Shown here: piece after piece, positions 54,853 through 64,000 of the stretch
How positions within the stretch are numbered: the stretch's first letter is position 1
How the letters are laid out: the number at the start of each line of letters is the position of its first letter
From: an uncultured delta proteobacterium
Lineage (GTDB): Bacteria; Desulfobacterota; Binatia; UBA9968
Length of the DNA stretch: 64,000 bases
Assembly (NCBI GenBank): GCA_963755715.1
Contig: CAVWLW010000057.1
Span: 1-64,000, forward strand
Reading direction: 5' to 3'
Made by a program: the position numbers and the translations under genes
Notes under the pieces: model-generated
What the model was told of the DNA's origin: nothing
The model's input: the letters and a program-made list of their open reading frames with translations, nothing else
Database searches by the model: none

Positions 54853-55824
54853 ATGAGAATTGCTCAGTTTCGCAGTGAGCAAAAGCTTGCCTCGAGACCA
54901 CAGGAGAACTTTGGCGCAATGCAAGACCAGGGATCCATACGACCGCTACCCCCATCAAATAAGAACCAAGAGAATAAAGGAGATCTGATAGCGTTTCCGG
55001 CTACTCCGTCGTTTTCTCTCGCCGAGGCCAATTCCATCGTCGACATAGAAATTCAGGCCGACCAACTTCTCGCCTACATTAATAAACTTACTTCGCTCGC
55101 CGATCGGGCGTGCAGCACGGCGATAAGCCAAAACGAAACGACGCACCTAATCGAAGAAAACCGGCGCAGCGAGATGATCAACTTGCGCAGTCATTTGGAT
55201 CAGCAGAGCGCTCAACTGCGCGAACAGCAACTTGCCCTGCTCCGTCTCGAACATGAATCAAAAACCAAAATCGCAAGTTTGGAGAATCAGTTACAACAGA
55301 CCAAGTTTCACCGAAACGAAGAAAACAGACTGGCGTTATTGCGCGACGAGAATGCGAAACTTGCCAGCCAGCTCCGTGAAGCCGAGTCGCGGGCCGAGCA
55401 GACCCAGTCGCACACTCAAGGCGATCTCGCACCCCATAGCCAGGAAGTCGCCGAATTGAGGCTACAGCTCGCCAAACGGGATGAAACGATTCAAAGTAAA
55501 AACAACGCGATCAAAAATATCGAAGTCGATTTTCGCGCTAAGATCTTGGCGTTGGAGCAGAGCCTGCGGGACACCCAAGCCGAATTAAGAAATCACGAGG
55601 CGCAACTCAAAGAAAAAGACGCTCTAGTTCAAGCAACTGCCGCCAAAGAGGCGGAAATGGGCAATCTCATCAAGCGTTTATCCACCGAGTGCTCGACTCT
55701 GAGTAAGGAACTTCATCAAAAGAACCGCAAACTCGCGCACACCGAGTCAAAACAAGGGCAACCTATCGCTGACGCAAGAATTTGGCGCCGAGTGATCGGA
55801 CGCCTGCAAGAAGATCCGCAATAA
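54853..55824 (+). CDS. long coiled-coil hypothetical protein
   Basis: 323-aa Q/E/L/K-rich heptad pattern; no catalytic motif seen. Confidence 0.7.
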   Translation: MRIAQFRSEQKLASRPQENFGAMQDQGSIRPLPPSNKNQENKGDLIAFPATPSFSLAEANSIVDIEIQADQLLAYINKLTSLADRACSTAISQNETTHLIEENRRSEMINLRSHLDQQSAQLREQQLALLRLEHESKTKIASLENQLQQTKFHRNEENRLALLRDENAKLASQLREAESRAEQTQSHTQGDLAPHSQEVAELRLQLAKRDETIQSKNNAIKNIEVDFRAKILALEQSLRDTQAELRNHEAQLKEKDALVQATAAKEAEMGNLIKRLSTECSTLSKELHQKNRKLAHTESKQGQPIADARIWRRVIGRLQEDPQ

Positions 55825-55860
55825 GTCGTTCTGGCATTAGATCCGTCCGTTGCCAGAGAC

Positions 55861-56462
55861 TCATCGATCAAAAACCCCTTCTCTTTCCAGCTGCTCGACG
55901 AAAGACGAATCGACCAGTGATGCCAGGTCGATGTTCCTTGCCTTGGGATTCGCTTCGGCAATCATCGCTGTTAGAATTTTCATCGCGCTCGGATCGGCGT
56001 ATGGCTTCTTGAGCATCAGCTCGCGATAGGTTTCGTAACCTTCCTCAATCATCGCGCGGTTTTTCTCCAATGGCATGCGCAAGTACTTGGCCAAGATCTT
56101 CGACTTGTTGCGATTAAACTGCATCCCTTCAGCCAGCGCCGCGACGAATCCCGACACGGTGCGCGAATCTTCGCGCAAAGAATTCTCCGAAACCGCGACG
56201 ATATTGCGCAGATAGGGCACGTCCATCGGCGCCAGATCCACGAGCAGTTTGTAACCTTCCTTGGCTGCCATCGTTGTGTACGGCGGATCCAATATCGCCG
56301 CCGGCACTTTGTTGCCGAGCAACGCTTCGAAACGCGCCGATTTGCCGCCGATATTGAGCGGCACTACTTAATCCTTCGCGAGCCCGAGCCCAAATGCGTT
56401 TTGCGCCATCAGAGCGAACCCAGCCAACCAGACAAACCCAGGAATGATTTGCCTCGATTCAT
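55861..56462 (-). pseudogene. internally deleted ABC substrate-binding protein (NMT1/SsuA type)
   Basis: signal-peptide-like start at 56462 joined almost directly to the C-terminal half (IGGKSARFEALL..VDSSFVEQLEREG); in-frame TAA near 56368; N-terminal lobe missing. Confidence 0.6.
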
Positions 56463-56497
56463 TGAAACACCGGTTATTCCACCATTCCAATACTCGG

Positions 56498-58123
56498 TCA
56501 TTCCAACCGTTCCTGCATCACCGCCACAGTCTGCATATGTGTTCCGGTGCGTCCCGGCAGATACGCCGATTTGGCGCCCGCCCCACCGGCGACGACGAGC
56601 CAAATATCCTCCGGTCGGTCCACGGCGCCAATTTCACGAGCTGCGCCATTTTTTTGAAACCAGCGCGGCCGCCGCTTGGACAACAGTTCGAGATTTTCAT
56701 CTGAAATCTTTTCATGAGGCAGTCGCGCCATAGCGAACAATTCCTGGCGAATGGCATCTTTCGAGTATCCGCCGGCAGCGAAGATCGCCGCGTGCTCCGG
56801 GCAAATTACGAATAGAACCTCCGTCGTGGTCACGCCGCTCGCCAAACCGCCGGTCATCGTCAGCGCGAAGGTCTTGAGCAGTCCTTTGGCCGTCTGGCTC
56901 GCCATATCGACGGCGCTATACACGCCGCTGCAACCCGTGACGCTGACTGTGTCCACGCCCTTACCGACGCTGCGTTCGACATGCAGCGGCTCCCACGGAC
57001 TCGCCTCTTCGTTCTCACCGAAGCAAAAGGTGTACTTGGCCGGCTGCCCGACCGTCGACTTGTCGAATTGCCCGGGAGTCGCCCCGCCGATATTGGCCAT
57101 AATCAATCGCAGCGCCCTGCCGATGGTCGCATTGGCGCGCCATCCCTGGCCGAGCACATTCGCCCCCGAATTGATTTTCAAGCGGTGCCGGCACGGCCCA
57201 TTGACGATAATCATCGGTGCGACATTGCCGGTGGTGGTTTGCACGCCGTCGAGATTGAATCCCGGCAGCAGCACGCCTTTTGTCGCGGCGACAACCAGCG
57301 GAAAATATTCCGGCAAACAGCCGGCCATCACCGCGTTAGCAGCAAGCTTTTCGATCACCGCCCTGCCGTTTAATGGTGGCATCGCGCCGAGGGAAAAATG
57401 CTTATCCAATCCGCTCGCCGCGACCATTATTTCAACCGCCGCCCCCGTCGGCGGCAGAACCGGCAGGCCGTCGCTCCAGCCGCGCTCGATCATCTCGTTG
57501 AATAATTCAGCGGGCTCGCTTGAAACCATAATGAGTGAATCGGAATCATCGCCGTTCGTCCTGTTTATCGCCGTCGCGCCGGCAGCAAATTTACTATTGC
57601 GCAGCAACTGCTCCGCAATCGCGTCAACCGTCGACTCCGCCAACGAGCGCAATCGGTCGAGAGCAATCGATCCCACCGGGTGCGGCACCTTCACCAAAGG
57701 CAAATCGGCCATGCCGCGATTTTGCGACTCGCTCTGAGCCAGGGAAAAGAACTCGTCGGTGACCACCGTGGCGGTCGGAATCGCCGCGCTTTCGAGTTTG
57801 ACGGAGTCGTGGACACTCCACGACGTGCACGAGCCTCAATCGGCAAAGGCGTTGATCACGACATCACAACGCGCAATCAGCTCGGGCAAACAGTCCGCCT
57901 CGGTCCGGCTCATTTTGCACAGCGCCACGAGCTCGATGTCGCCGGCGCGCCGCTTGAGCAGGTCACCGACAAATTGCAGAAACTTGTCGGCATTGGGCTT
58001 GTTGTTGTCGAGCAGACCGACACGCAATCCGTGCAGAGAATCGTGCTTGCGCCGAGCCAGACCGGTTTGCTTGCTCTCGCCGACTCCTACCGGATTGACG
58101 ATTTCGATCGATGTCTCGCTCAT
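56498..58123 (-). CDS. UGSC-motif selenoprotein fused to a conserved uncharacterised domain (Sec at TGA 57836-57838; 541 aa)
   Basis: ORF 57836..58123 (GLLDNNKPNAD..VVINAFAD) ends in TGA, continues in frame as GSCTSWSVHD..IPT..VTDEF and runs into ORF 56498..57766 (HPVG, GWSDGLPVLPPT, NAVMAGC.PEY, RANATIGRALRL, ENEEASPW). Confidence 0.88.
57806..57824 (-). other. bacterial SECIS-like hairpin of the UGSC gene
   Basis: GTCGTGGA-GTG-TCCACGAC, a perfect 8-bp stem starting after an 11-nt spacer from the UGA, with G as the first loop base. Confidence 0.8.
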
Positions 58124-58169
58124 AGAATGCCTCCGATTAGCCGCGCCGAAATTACGCGCCCGTGGGGAT

Positions 58170-59279
58170 TCAGCGAATTTTTAACATGCGCTCGATGGGC
58201 ACCCGAGCGCGCGCAGCCAGCTCCGGGGCCACGGTAATCTCGTGGACGCCGTCGCGCAAGGATTGATAGACTTTGCGCAAGGTATTCTGCTTCATGAAGG
58301 CGCAGACCGCCTCACGGCTCGCCGGTACGATAGTCTTGTCCGGCGCCGCTTTTGAAAGTGGATAAATATTCCCGACCTCGGTCGCCATGATGACGACTTT
58401 TTGCGGCGTGTCGCGCACGAATTGCACCATCCCTTGGGTCGAACGAAACTGCATCATCTCCACAGGCGTTTTCTCTTGCGCCATCTGGCGCATGCAAGCA
58501 CTGGTGCAACCGCACTCGGGATGGACCACCACCGCCGCATCGGGATAGACGCGCCGTTGCTGCTCGACATGATAGGGACGAATCCGATCGTGCACGTGGC
58601 AGGCGCCCATCATCAGCCACAGCCGGTCCAGCGGTTGGTTTTGCTGCTCTAATAATTTCGCCGCATAGAATCCTAAATAAACATCCGGCAGAAAAAGGAT
58701 CGGCTGGCTCGTCTCCGAGTGTCTCAACACGTGGAGAATGACCTGAGCGGCATTGGCCGATGCGCAGCAGTAATCGCTCTCCGCCTTCACGTCTAAATAC
58801 GTGTTCACGTAACTGATCACGATACCGTCGCGATGCTCCTGCTTCCAGCGGCGGATCTTGTCGACGTCGGCGTGGGCGGCGAGGGAACAGAGCGCGCCGA
58901 GATCGGGCGCGAGCACGCGCTGGTGCGGCTTTTTCATAATCGCGAGAATTTGATTCATGAACAGGACGGAAGCTTCGAGCAAGATTTCCGCGTCCGACTC
59001 GGCGCCCTTCTGCGCTAAATAGAGCGAATCGCCGACCGCGTCGGAGACGTCCTGGATGTCCGACGGCGCATAGTTGTGCGCCAGAATGTAAGCGTTTTTT
59101 TCTTTCTTGAGACGGGCGATTTCTGCCAAAAGCCAGCGATGCTCTTCCGTCGGCACATTCTTCGGCTCGGCTTCCGGCGGCAGCGGTGGGATTTCGAGAG
59201 GCAAACCAAGATCGATCTGATCAATCAAATCGATCGCCTCGCGGGCGGGGAAAATATCACCAGACATCGGTCCGTCCAT
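58170..59279 (-). CDS. nadA: quinolinate synthase
   Basis: ILAHNY, GDSLYLA, ALCSLA, YVNT, FLPD.YLG, CHVH, HPEC, TEVG, CAFMK. Confidence 0.95.
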   Translation of the reverse strand: MDGPMSGDIFPAREAIDLIDQIDLGLPLEIPPLPPEAEPKNVPTEEHRWLLAEIARLKKEKNAYILAHNYAPSDIQDVSDAVGDSLYLAQKGAESDAEILLEASVLFMNQILAIMKKPHQRVLAPDLGALCSLAAHADVDKIRRWKQEHRDGIVISYVNTYLDVKAESDYCCASANAAQVILHVLRHSETSQPILFLPDVYLGFYAAKLLEQQNQPLDRLWLMMGACHVHDRIRPYHVEQQRRVYPDAAVVVHPECGCTSACMRQMAQEKTPVEMMQFRSTQGMVQFVRDTPQKVVIMATEVGNIYPLSKAAPDKTIVPASREAVCAFMKQNTLRKVYQSLRDGVHEITVAPELAARARVPIERMLKIR

Positions 59280-59508
59280 GGTAAAAGCCTCGGTTTCTAA
59301 GAGCCTAAATCCTGACGGGAATTTAAACAGGAGTTAGAGGAGAGTTAAAGAGCGCCCAAATCAAATTACTTGCACCCCAGGTCGGATATCGGCGCAGCAA
59401 AATAACCCGCGAAAGCAAAACGGATTTGGCCTGCGCCCGTACCGTTCGAGTGCATTCAACCAGTGGCTTACGAAGAAACAATCGTTCTTACGTCGTATGG
59501 GGACGCGT

Positions 59509-62500
59509 TCAAAAGTCCGGCGCGCCGTCGCGCAGCGGTTCCCTTTTACGTTTCGGTTGGCCGGGCGCGGCGGCTTGGATCGGCAGCGTGACCGTAAACG
59601 TCGAACCCCGTTCAAACTCACTTTCCACGGCGACGGTTCCACCAAGCAGCTCGGTAAACTTTCTGACGATATAAAGTCCCAATCCGACGCCGCCGAACTT
59701 CCTCGTCGCCGAGCTGTCCACCTGTTGAAACATGTCGAAAACAGTTTCAACCTTTTCTTTCGGAATCCCGATGCCGGTATCGCTGATTTTGAATTCTATC
59801 GCGCGCGTCTGCGCCAAGTGGCGCACGGCAACAGTGACTTTTCCTTTCTCGGTGAACTTGATCGCGTTGTTTATCAGATTCTGAATCACTGCCTTCAATT
59901 TTTCATCATCCGTCCAAAGGATCGGCAGGTCCGCCGGGTAGTCCCAGCTAACGGTCAAATCTCGGCCGAGCGGAATACCGTAGTTGGATCGTAGTTCGTC
60001 CAGGAGCTCCGCGAGATTCACTTCCCAGGAAGCCGCGCGAACGGCGTCGGCCTCGATCCGGGTCACTTGCAACACGCCGTTGATCATGTTGAACAGCTCC
60101 ATCGACTGATTGCTGATCGTTTCAACGGCCTTTTTTTGCTCCGGAGTAATTTCGCCGAGTACGCCTTGCATCATGATTTCTGTATATCCCTTGATGACGT
60201 TCAGCGGCGTTCTCAATTCATGGGAGATGACCCCCAGAAACTCATCTTTTCCCCTGCTCGCGGTTTCGAGCTCAATGGTTTTCTTGTTCACTTGGGAAAA
60301 GAGCCGCGCGTTCCCCACCGCCACGCCCAGATGATAGGCGATGGCGTTGATCAGTTGAATGTCGGCTTCAGAAAAATGATAGCGCTCCTTGCCGAGAAAA
60401 TTCATCACGCCCAATCCCTCTCCCCGGACTCGAAGGGGAATAAGAAATGAGCTGTGAAATCCTGCCTTCAACATATTCTTGTTATGAGCCAGCTTGTTAT
60501 AGAGCGTGTCGGTGGCCATATCATCGACATACATCGCCTCGCCGGTTTCGATAGCCCGGCCTAAGTGACCCTCTCCAGCTTTATAAACCGCGACCAGCGG
60601 CACACCCGGGGGAATGCCGTAGTGCGTGACCAGGTGCAGATCGCCGCTATCTTCATTACAGAGATAGATTCGCGCCGCATCGAAATTAAAAATCGCCAAT
60701 AGCTTTTCCATTGTCTTTTTCAAAACGACGTTGATATCCAAGGACTCGCTGGCGATGCCGGCGACCGAATAAAGCGTGGCGAGCTCCTTGGCCTTGGCGG
60801 CCGTCTGCTGATACAAGGTGCTGTTCTCCACGGCGATGCCAATCTGGTTATTCATAGACTCGAGCAAATTAATTTCGTTGGCCTTGAGCAGGCGAGGCAA
60901 CGTTCCAGCGCATACCAGCACTCCCCAGGTTCTCAGCTTCGTCTTGATCGGAAACATCGCCAGGAAATGAGCGCCCGCCTGACTCGCGCCGTGATTTCCG
61001 CTCATTGCCCAATAGCGCGGATCGAGAGCAATGTCGGCAGAGACAAATGCCTGGCCGGTCTCGGCGACCTGTCCGACGAGAGATTCTCCGCGCCGAAAGT
61101 AACTGGCTTCACGCCAGAATTCCGGCCGAGCCTCGAAAGCGGCTTTTACCCCTAGCTCGGTCATCTCCGCATTGAAAAGAAACACGCGGGTAAGGTCGAA
61201 ATGGAACAGCTGCGTGATCTTTTGGATCGTCTGATGGAGCACCACGTCTAGGTCCAACGATTGTGTGGCTGCCACGGTAAGCGTATGCAAAGCCGATATT
61301 TCAACCTCGCTGCGCCGAGTCTCCTCGTAGAGTTTTGCGTTTTGGATCGCGATCGCGGACTGACCCGCCAAGGTGCTCAAAAATTCGATCTCGTCGTCGT
61401 TGAAGGCGTGTTCCTCTTTCGTGTAAAAGGCGATGAGTCCAAGCAATTGATCCTTAGCGACGAGCGGAATACCGAGGTAGGAGACCAGACCGAAGTGCTT
61501 TGCGAACTGGCGTTTATCGTTGCGCGGATCGGTTTGCACGTTGGCCACGGTTAAGGGAATCTTGTTTTCCAAAACAATCTTGGCGAATTCATGAAGCGAC
61601 CCCGAATTGGCGGCGCGCCATTCGGTTTCGTCGAGGTTTCGACAAGCCACGGCCTCCAGCTTGCCGCTCTCCTTGCTGATCAGCCGAATCGTGGCCACAG
61701 CGCCGGGCAGCACGAGATCGACCTTTTCCATGAGAATTTTCAACACGGCGTGCAAATCCAGCGTCGAAGTGATCGCCATGTCGATATCGTGCAGAGCATT
61801 GAGACGCTGCAGGTTTCGCTCCAAACGTTTTTCGGCGGCAACGGCTTCGGATCGACGCCCTTGGAGAGACTTTGCCATCTCGTCGAAGGAAGTGGCGAGA
61901 CGGCCGATTTCGTCGTTTCGGTGCGGCAGTCCCGTGCGCGCGCCGAGATCACCGGTGCGCAAGCGCTCCGTTACAGTGAGCAATCTTCTCAATGGACCGA
62001 GAACGAACGCGTCGCCGCCGTACCAGGCAGCCAGGAGCGCCAACAAGCCTACCAGGAACAGAGCCGCCAAATTGCGCCAGAGTAAACCATCGGCGTTGGC
62101 CAATGCGACTCCGATCGGAACACCGATATGGAAAAAAATTTGTCCTTCGCGAGAGCCATCCCCGATGCTGGTAAATCCGTAGATGCGCCTTTGGCCGTCG
62201 GGGCCGGCTGCCTCAACCACCCCCTCGGAGCGCGCTGAAACGATTTGAGCAAGCTCGCCTTCTGGGACAGGTTTACCCACCAGACGGTCGGCGTCCGGAT
62301 AGCGCGCGAGGATGGTGCCTCGGCGATCGTAGACGGCGAGCGAAGCATAGCTCGGTAAATTGAGCGCGCCAACGGTCTGTTGGAACCACGCTAAATCCAG
62401 CGCGGCAAAAACGACGCCAGTGACGCGTCCCTCGGTAGCACGGATCGGATAGGCCAGGTTTAAGGTCGCCCGGTCGGTCGCGCGGCCGATTTGATACTCG

Positions 62501-62928
62501 CCGATGGCGAAATTGCGCCGCTGCAGCGCCTGGCGGAAATAGCTTCGGTCAGAAATATTGACGGGCATCTTGGCAAGACGAGCGCCGCAAAACTGCTCAC
62601 CGTGAACATTCGCGGCGCCTAGGTTGGCATACATCGGATATTCGGCGAGCAGACTGCTAAAAAGATCGCTGCACGTCGAACTGTTATGTGCGCGTACCTC
62701 GGGAAGCAGAGATAACGCGACAAGCAGATGTTGAGTGCTGTCGATGAGCCGCTGCTGGCTGGTGGAAACGATTCGCACCAGCTTGAGCGCGTCGCGCCGC
62801 GCCTCTTGACTGTCTGTGATGCGTTGTTCACCGGCGCTATAAACGATGACACCGAGGGCCGGAAGCACGGCAAGAAGAACCAACTGGATCAAGCGCGCGC
62901 GAAGGCTTGAATGAAAGTGGCTTTGCAT
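59509..62928 (-). CDS. orphan sensor histidine kinase (TM-Cache-TM-HAMP-3xGAF-HisKA-HATPase)
   Basis: Cache motif DRSYF, HAMP DEIGRLA..FDEM, three GAF repeats ending IAIQNA/IAVENS/VAVGNA, SHELRTPLN, NNAIKFT, GVGLGL. Confidence 0.92.
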   Translation of the reverse strand: MQSHFHSSLRARLIQLVLLAVLPALGVIVYSAGEQRITDSQEARRDALKLVRIVSTSQQRLIDSTQHLLVALSLLPEVRAHNSSTCSDLFSSLLAEYPMYANLGAANVHGEQFCGARLAKMPVNISDRSYFRQALQRRNFAIGEYQIGRATDRATLNLAYPIRATEGRVTGVVFAALDLAWFQQTVGALNLPSYASLAVYDRRGTILARYPDADRLVGKPVPEGELAQIVSARSEGVVEAAGPDGQRRIYGFTSIGDGSREGQIFFHIGVPIGVALANADGLLWRNLAALFLVGLLALLAAWYGGDAFVLGPLRRLLTVTERLRTGDLGARTGLPHRNDEIGRLATSFDEMAKSLQGRRSEAVAAEKRLERNLQRLNALHDIDMAITSTLDLHAVLKILMEKVDLVLPGAVATIRLISKESGKLEAVACRNLDETEWRAANSGSLHEFAKIVLENKIPLTVANVQTDPRNDKRQFAKHFGLVSYLGIPLVAKDQLLGLIAFYTKEEHAFNDDEIEFLSTLAGQSAIAIQNAKLYEETRRSEVEISALHTLTVAATQSLDLDVVLHQTIQKITQLFHFDLTRVFLFNAEMTELGVKAAFEARPEFWREASYFRRGESLVGQVAETGQAFVSADIALDPRYWAMSGNHGASQAGAHFLAMFPIKTKLRTWGVLVCAGTLPRLLKANEINLLESMNNQIGIAVENSTLYQQTAAKAKELATLYSVAGIASESLDINVVLKKTMEKLLAIFNFDAARIYLCNEDSGDLHLVTHYGIPPGVPLVAVYKAGEGHLGRAIETGEAMYVDDMATDTLYNKLAHNKNMLKAGFHSSFLIPLRVRGEGLGVMNFLGKERYHFSEADIQLINAIAYHLGVAVGNARLFSQVNKKTIELETASRGKDEFLGVISHELRTPLNVIKGYTEIMMQGVLGEITPEQKKAVETISNQSMELFNMINGVLQVTRIEADAVRAASWEVNLAELLDELRSNYGIPLGRDLTVSWDYPADLPILWTDDEKLKAVIQNLINNAIKFTEKGKVTVAVRHLAQTRAIEFKISDTGIGIPKEKVETVFDMFQQVDSSATRKFGGVGLGLYIVRKFTELLGGTVAVESEFERGSTFTVTLPIQAAAPGQPKRKREPLRDGAPDF

Positions 62929-63087
62929 GGAAAAGTCAGTTGGTTATGGGGCGTTCATGCTTCTGAACAAGTTTGCTTCAATACCTTTTTCGCCAATCGA
63001 GTCACCTTCATGGAATTATCGTCACTTGGCCGCGGTTCACGGCCAGCTATCGACGCGCCGCAAATTGAATCCAGCCAGCCGATTCAA

Positions 63088-63103
63088 TTCAAGCCCCGTG
63101 CCA
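63088..63103 (-). promoter_or_regulatory. possible sigma54 promoter for the Cache/GAF kinase
   Basis: TGGCACGGGGCTTGAA (perfect -24 box, GA instead of GC at -12). Confidence 0.35.
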
Positions 63104-63450
63104 TCGCCTCGTGAAGCGTAACGATTGAATAATGAATGGATTATCGAACAGCGGGAGCTAATTGCCGGTGAATAAATGGCAAAAAGTTGGCATCAACGTG
63201 CAATAAACGCCTAGAGTAAGGGCTGAGTGTCACTTCAAAGCCTAGAACGGCGATAAATCACGCCCGTCCGCTCTCGCCAACCAAGCGAAGAACGGAGTTT
63301 ACGCTCCCGCGGCGCCTACAATGAGGATAACAATCCAAGTTGACAGTGCACTGGACTTTACACTACCCTCCGTTTCGCCGCGCGCCGTGAGAGCAACCAC
63401 GGTTTGCAATAGCGCCAAAGGCAAAGACGACGAGGCCGCAGCACCGATCC

Positions 63451-64000
63451 ATGAAGCACCGCTTGCAAGCGCTCTTTCGAATGATTCTAATTATCGCAGT
63501 ATTCGGCGTCCCGCCGGCCGTTTGGGCGCAAACCCAAAGCAAAACTAAAATCAGAATCGCCACAGCGTCACCGTCGCTGAGCTATCTGCCGATTTACATA
63601 GCCGTTAAAAAGGGCTTTTTCGCCAAGCGCGGCTTCGACGTGGAAATGATTCAGATGAACGCGAGTCTGACCGCTCCTGCTTTGCTCAACCGTTCAGTGG
63701 ACTACACGACTATTCCCAGTACGATCGCTACCGCGGCCGCTCGTGGCGCGCCCGCCAAAGTGATTTTTTTCGCGTCGGTGAAGTTGCAACACATGCTCCT
63801 CGCCCGCCCGGATATCGCCACGGTCAACGACTTGGCCGGCAAGAAGATCGCCGCCAGCGGCTTTGGCAATCTCACTTCCTACGAGATTCAGTTTTTGATC
63901 GACCGCTACCGTCTTGGTCCCAAGACAACGATCGTCTCGGTCATAAGCTCGACCGATCGGCTGATCGCGATGCATAAAGGAATCGCCGACGCGGCGATCA
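63451..64000 (+). CDS. ABC substrate-binding protein (NMT1/SsuA type), 3' partial
   Basis: MKHRLQ.. signal peptide, KIRIA, LPIYIAVKKGFF, DLAGKKIA; open to the window end, so absent from the ORF track. Confidence 0.85.
   Translation, partial: MKHRLQALFRMILIIAVFGVPPAVWAQTQSKTKIRIATASPSLSYLPIYIAVKKGFFAKRGFDVEMIQMNASLTAPALLNRSVDYTTIPSTIATAAARGAPAKVIFFASVKLQHMLLARPDIATVNDLAGKKIAASGFGNLTSYEIQFLIDRYRLGPKTTIVSVISSTDRLIAMHKGIADAAI

Noticed and set aside
5883-58123. Genome-wide TGA reassignment (genetic code 4 or 25)
   Set aside because: Many complete genes end properly at TGA (e.g. murI, nadA, C26 hydrolase); only two TGAs have redox-motif context plus a hairpin
63187-63203. sigma54 promoter TTGGCATCAACGTGCA on the plus strand
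   Set aside because: GG-GC spacing is 9 nt rather than the required 10

Overview
Bacterial chromosomal window with high GC. Gene style suggests a Deltaproteobacteria-like soil lineage such as Ca. Binatia (inference). Many otherwise conserved genes are broken by 1-nt frameshifts, which points to an uncorrected long-read assembly. 1-25 kb: a PEP-CTERM/XrtA-type exopolysaccharide locus containing rfbACBD, an amidotransferase, FemAB, wecB, a deacetylase, a priming sugar transferase, split Wzc, an ExeA-like ATPase, a short Wza plus beta-barrel, two sigma54 two-component systems including PrsK/PrsR, and a nucleotide-sugar dehydrogenase. It has readable sigma54 promoters and repeated TGT-N8-TTTACA enhancer boxes. 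25-38 kb: secA with a very large helical insertion, murI, an SPL-like radical SAM/GT2 module, coxG, a lytic transglycosylase, a C26 amidotransferase and a sensor kinase. 38-64 kb: accessory catabolic, transport and signalling genes plus nadA. The most notable signals are two UGA-readthrough selenoprotein genes that the ORF track splits, each with a SECIS-like hairpin. One is an orphan GrdE/GrdB-like reductase whose catalytic UxxCxxC motif is changed to UxxSxxS; the other is a 541-aa UGSC fusion protein. There is also an unannotated 21-aa CxxC/basic small ORF with its own RBS and terminator. No rRNA, tRNA, CRISPR or mobile element was recognised.
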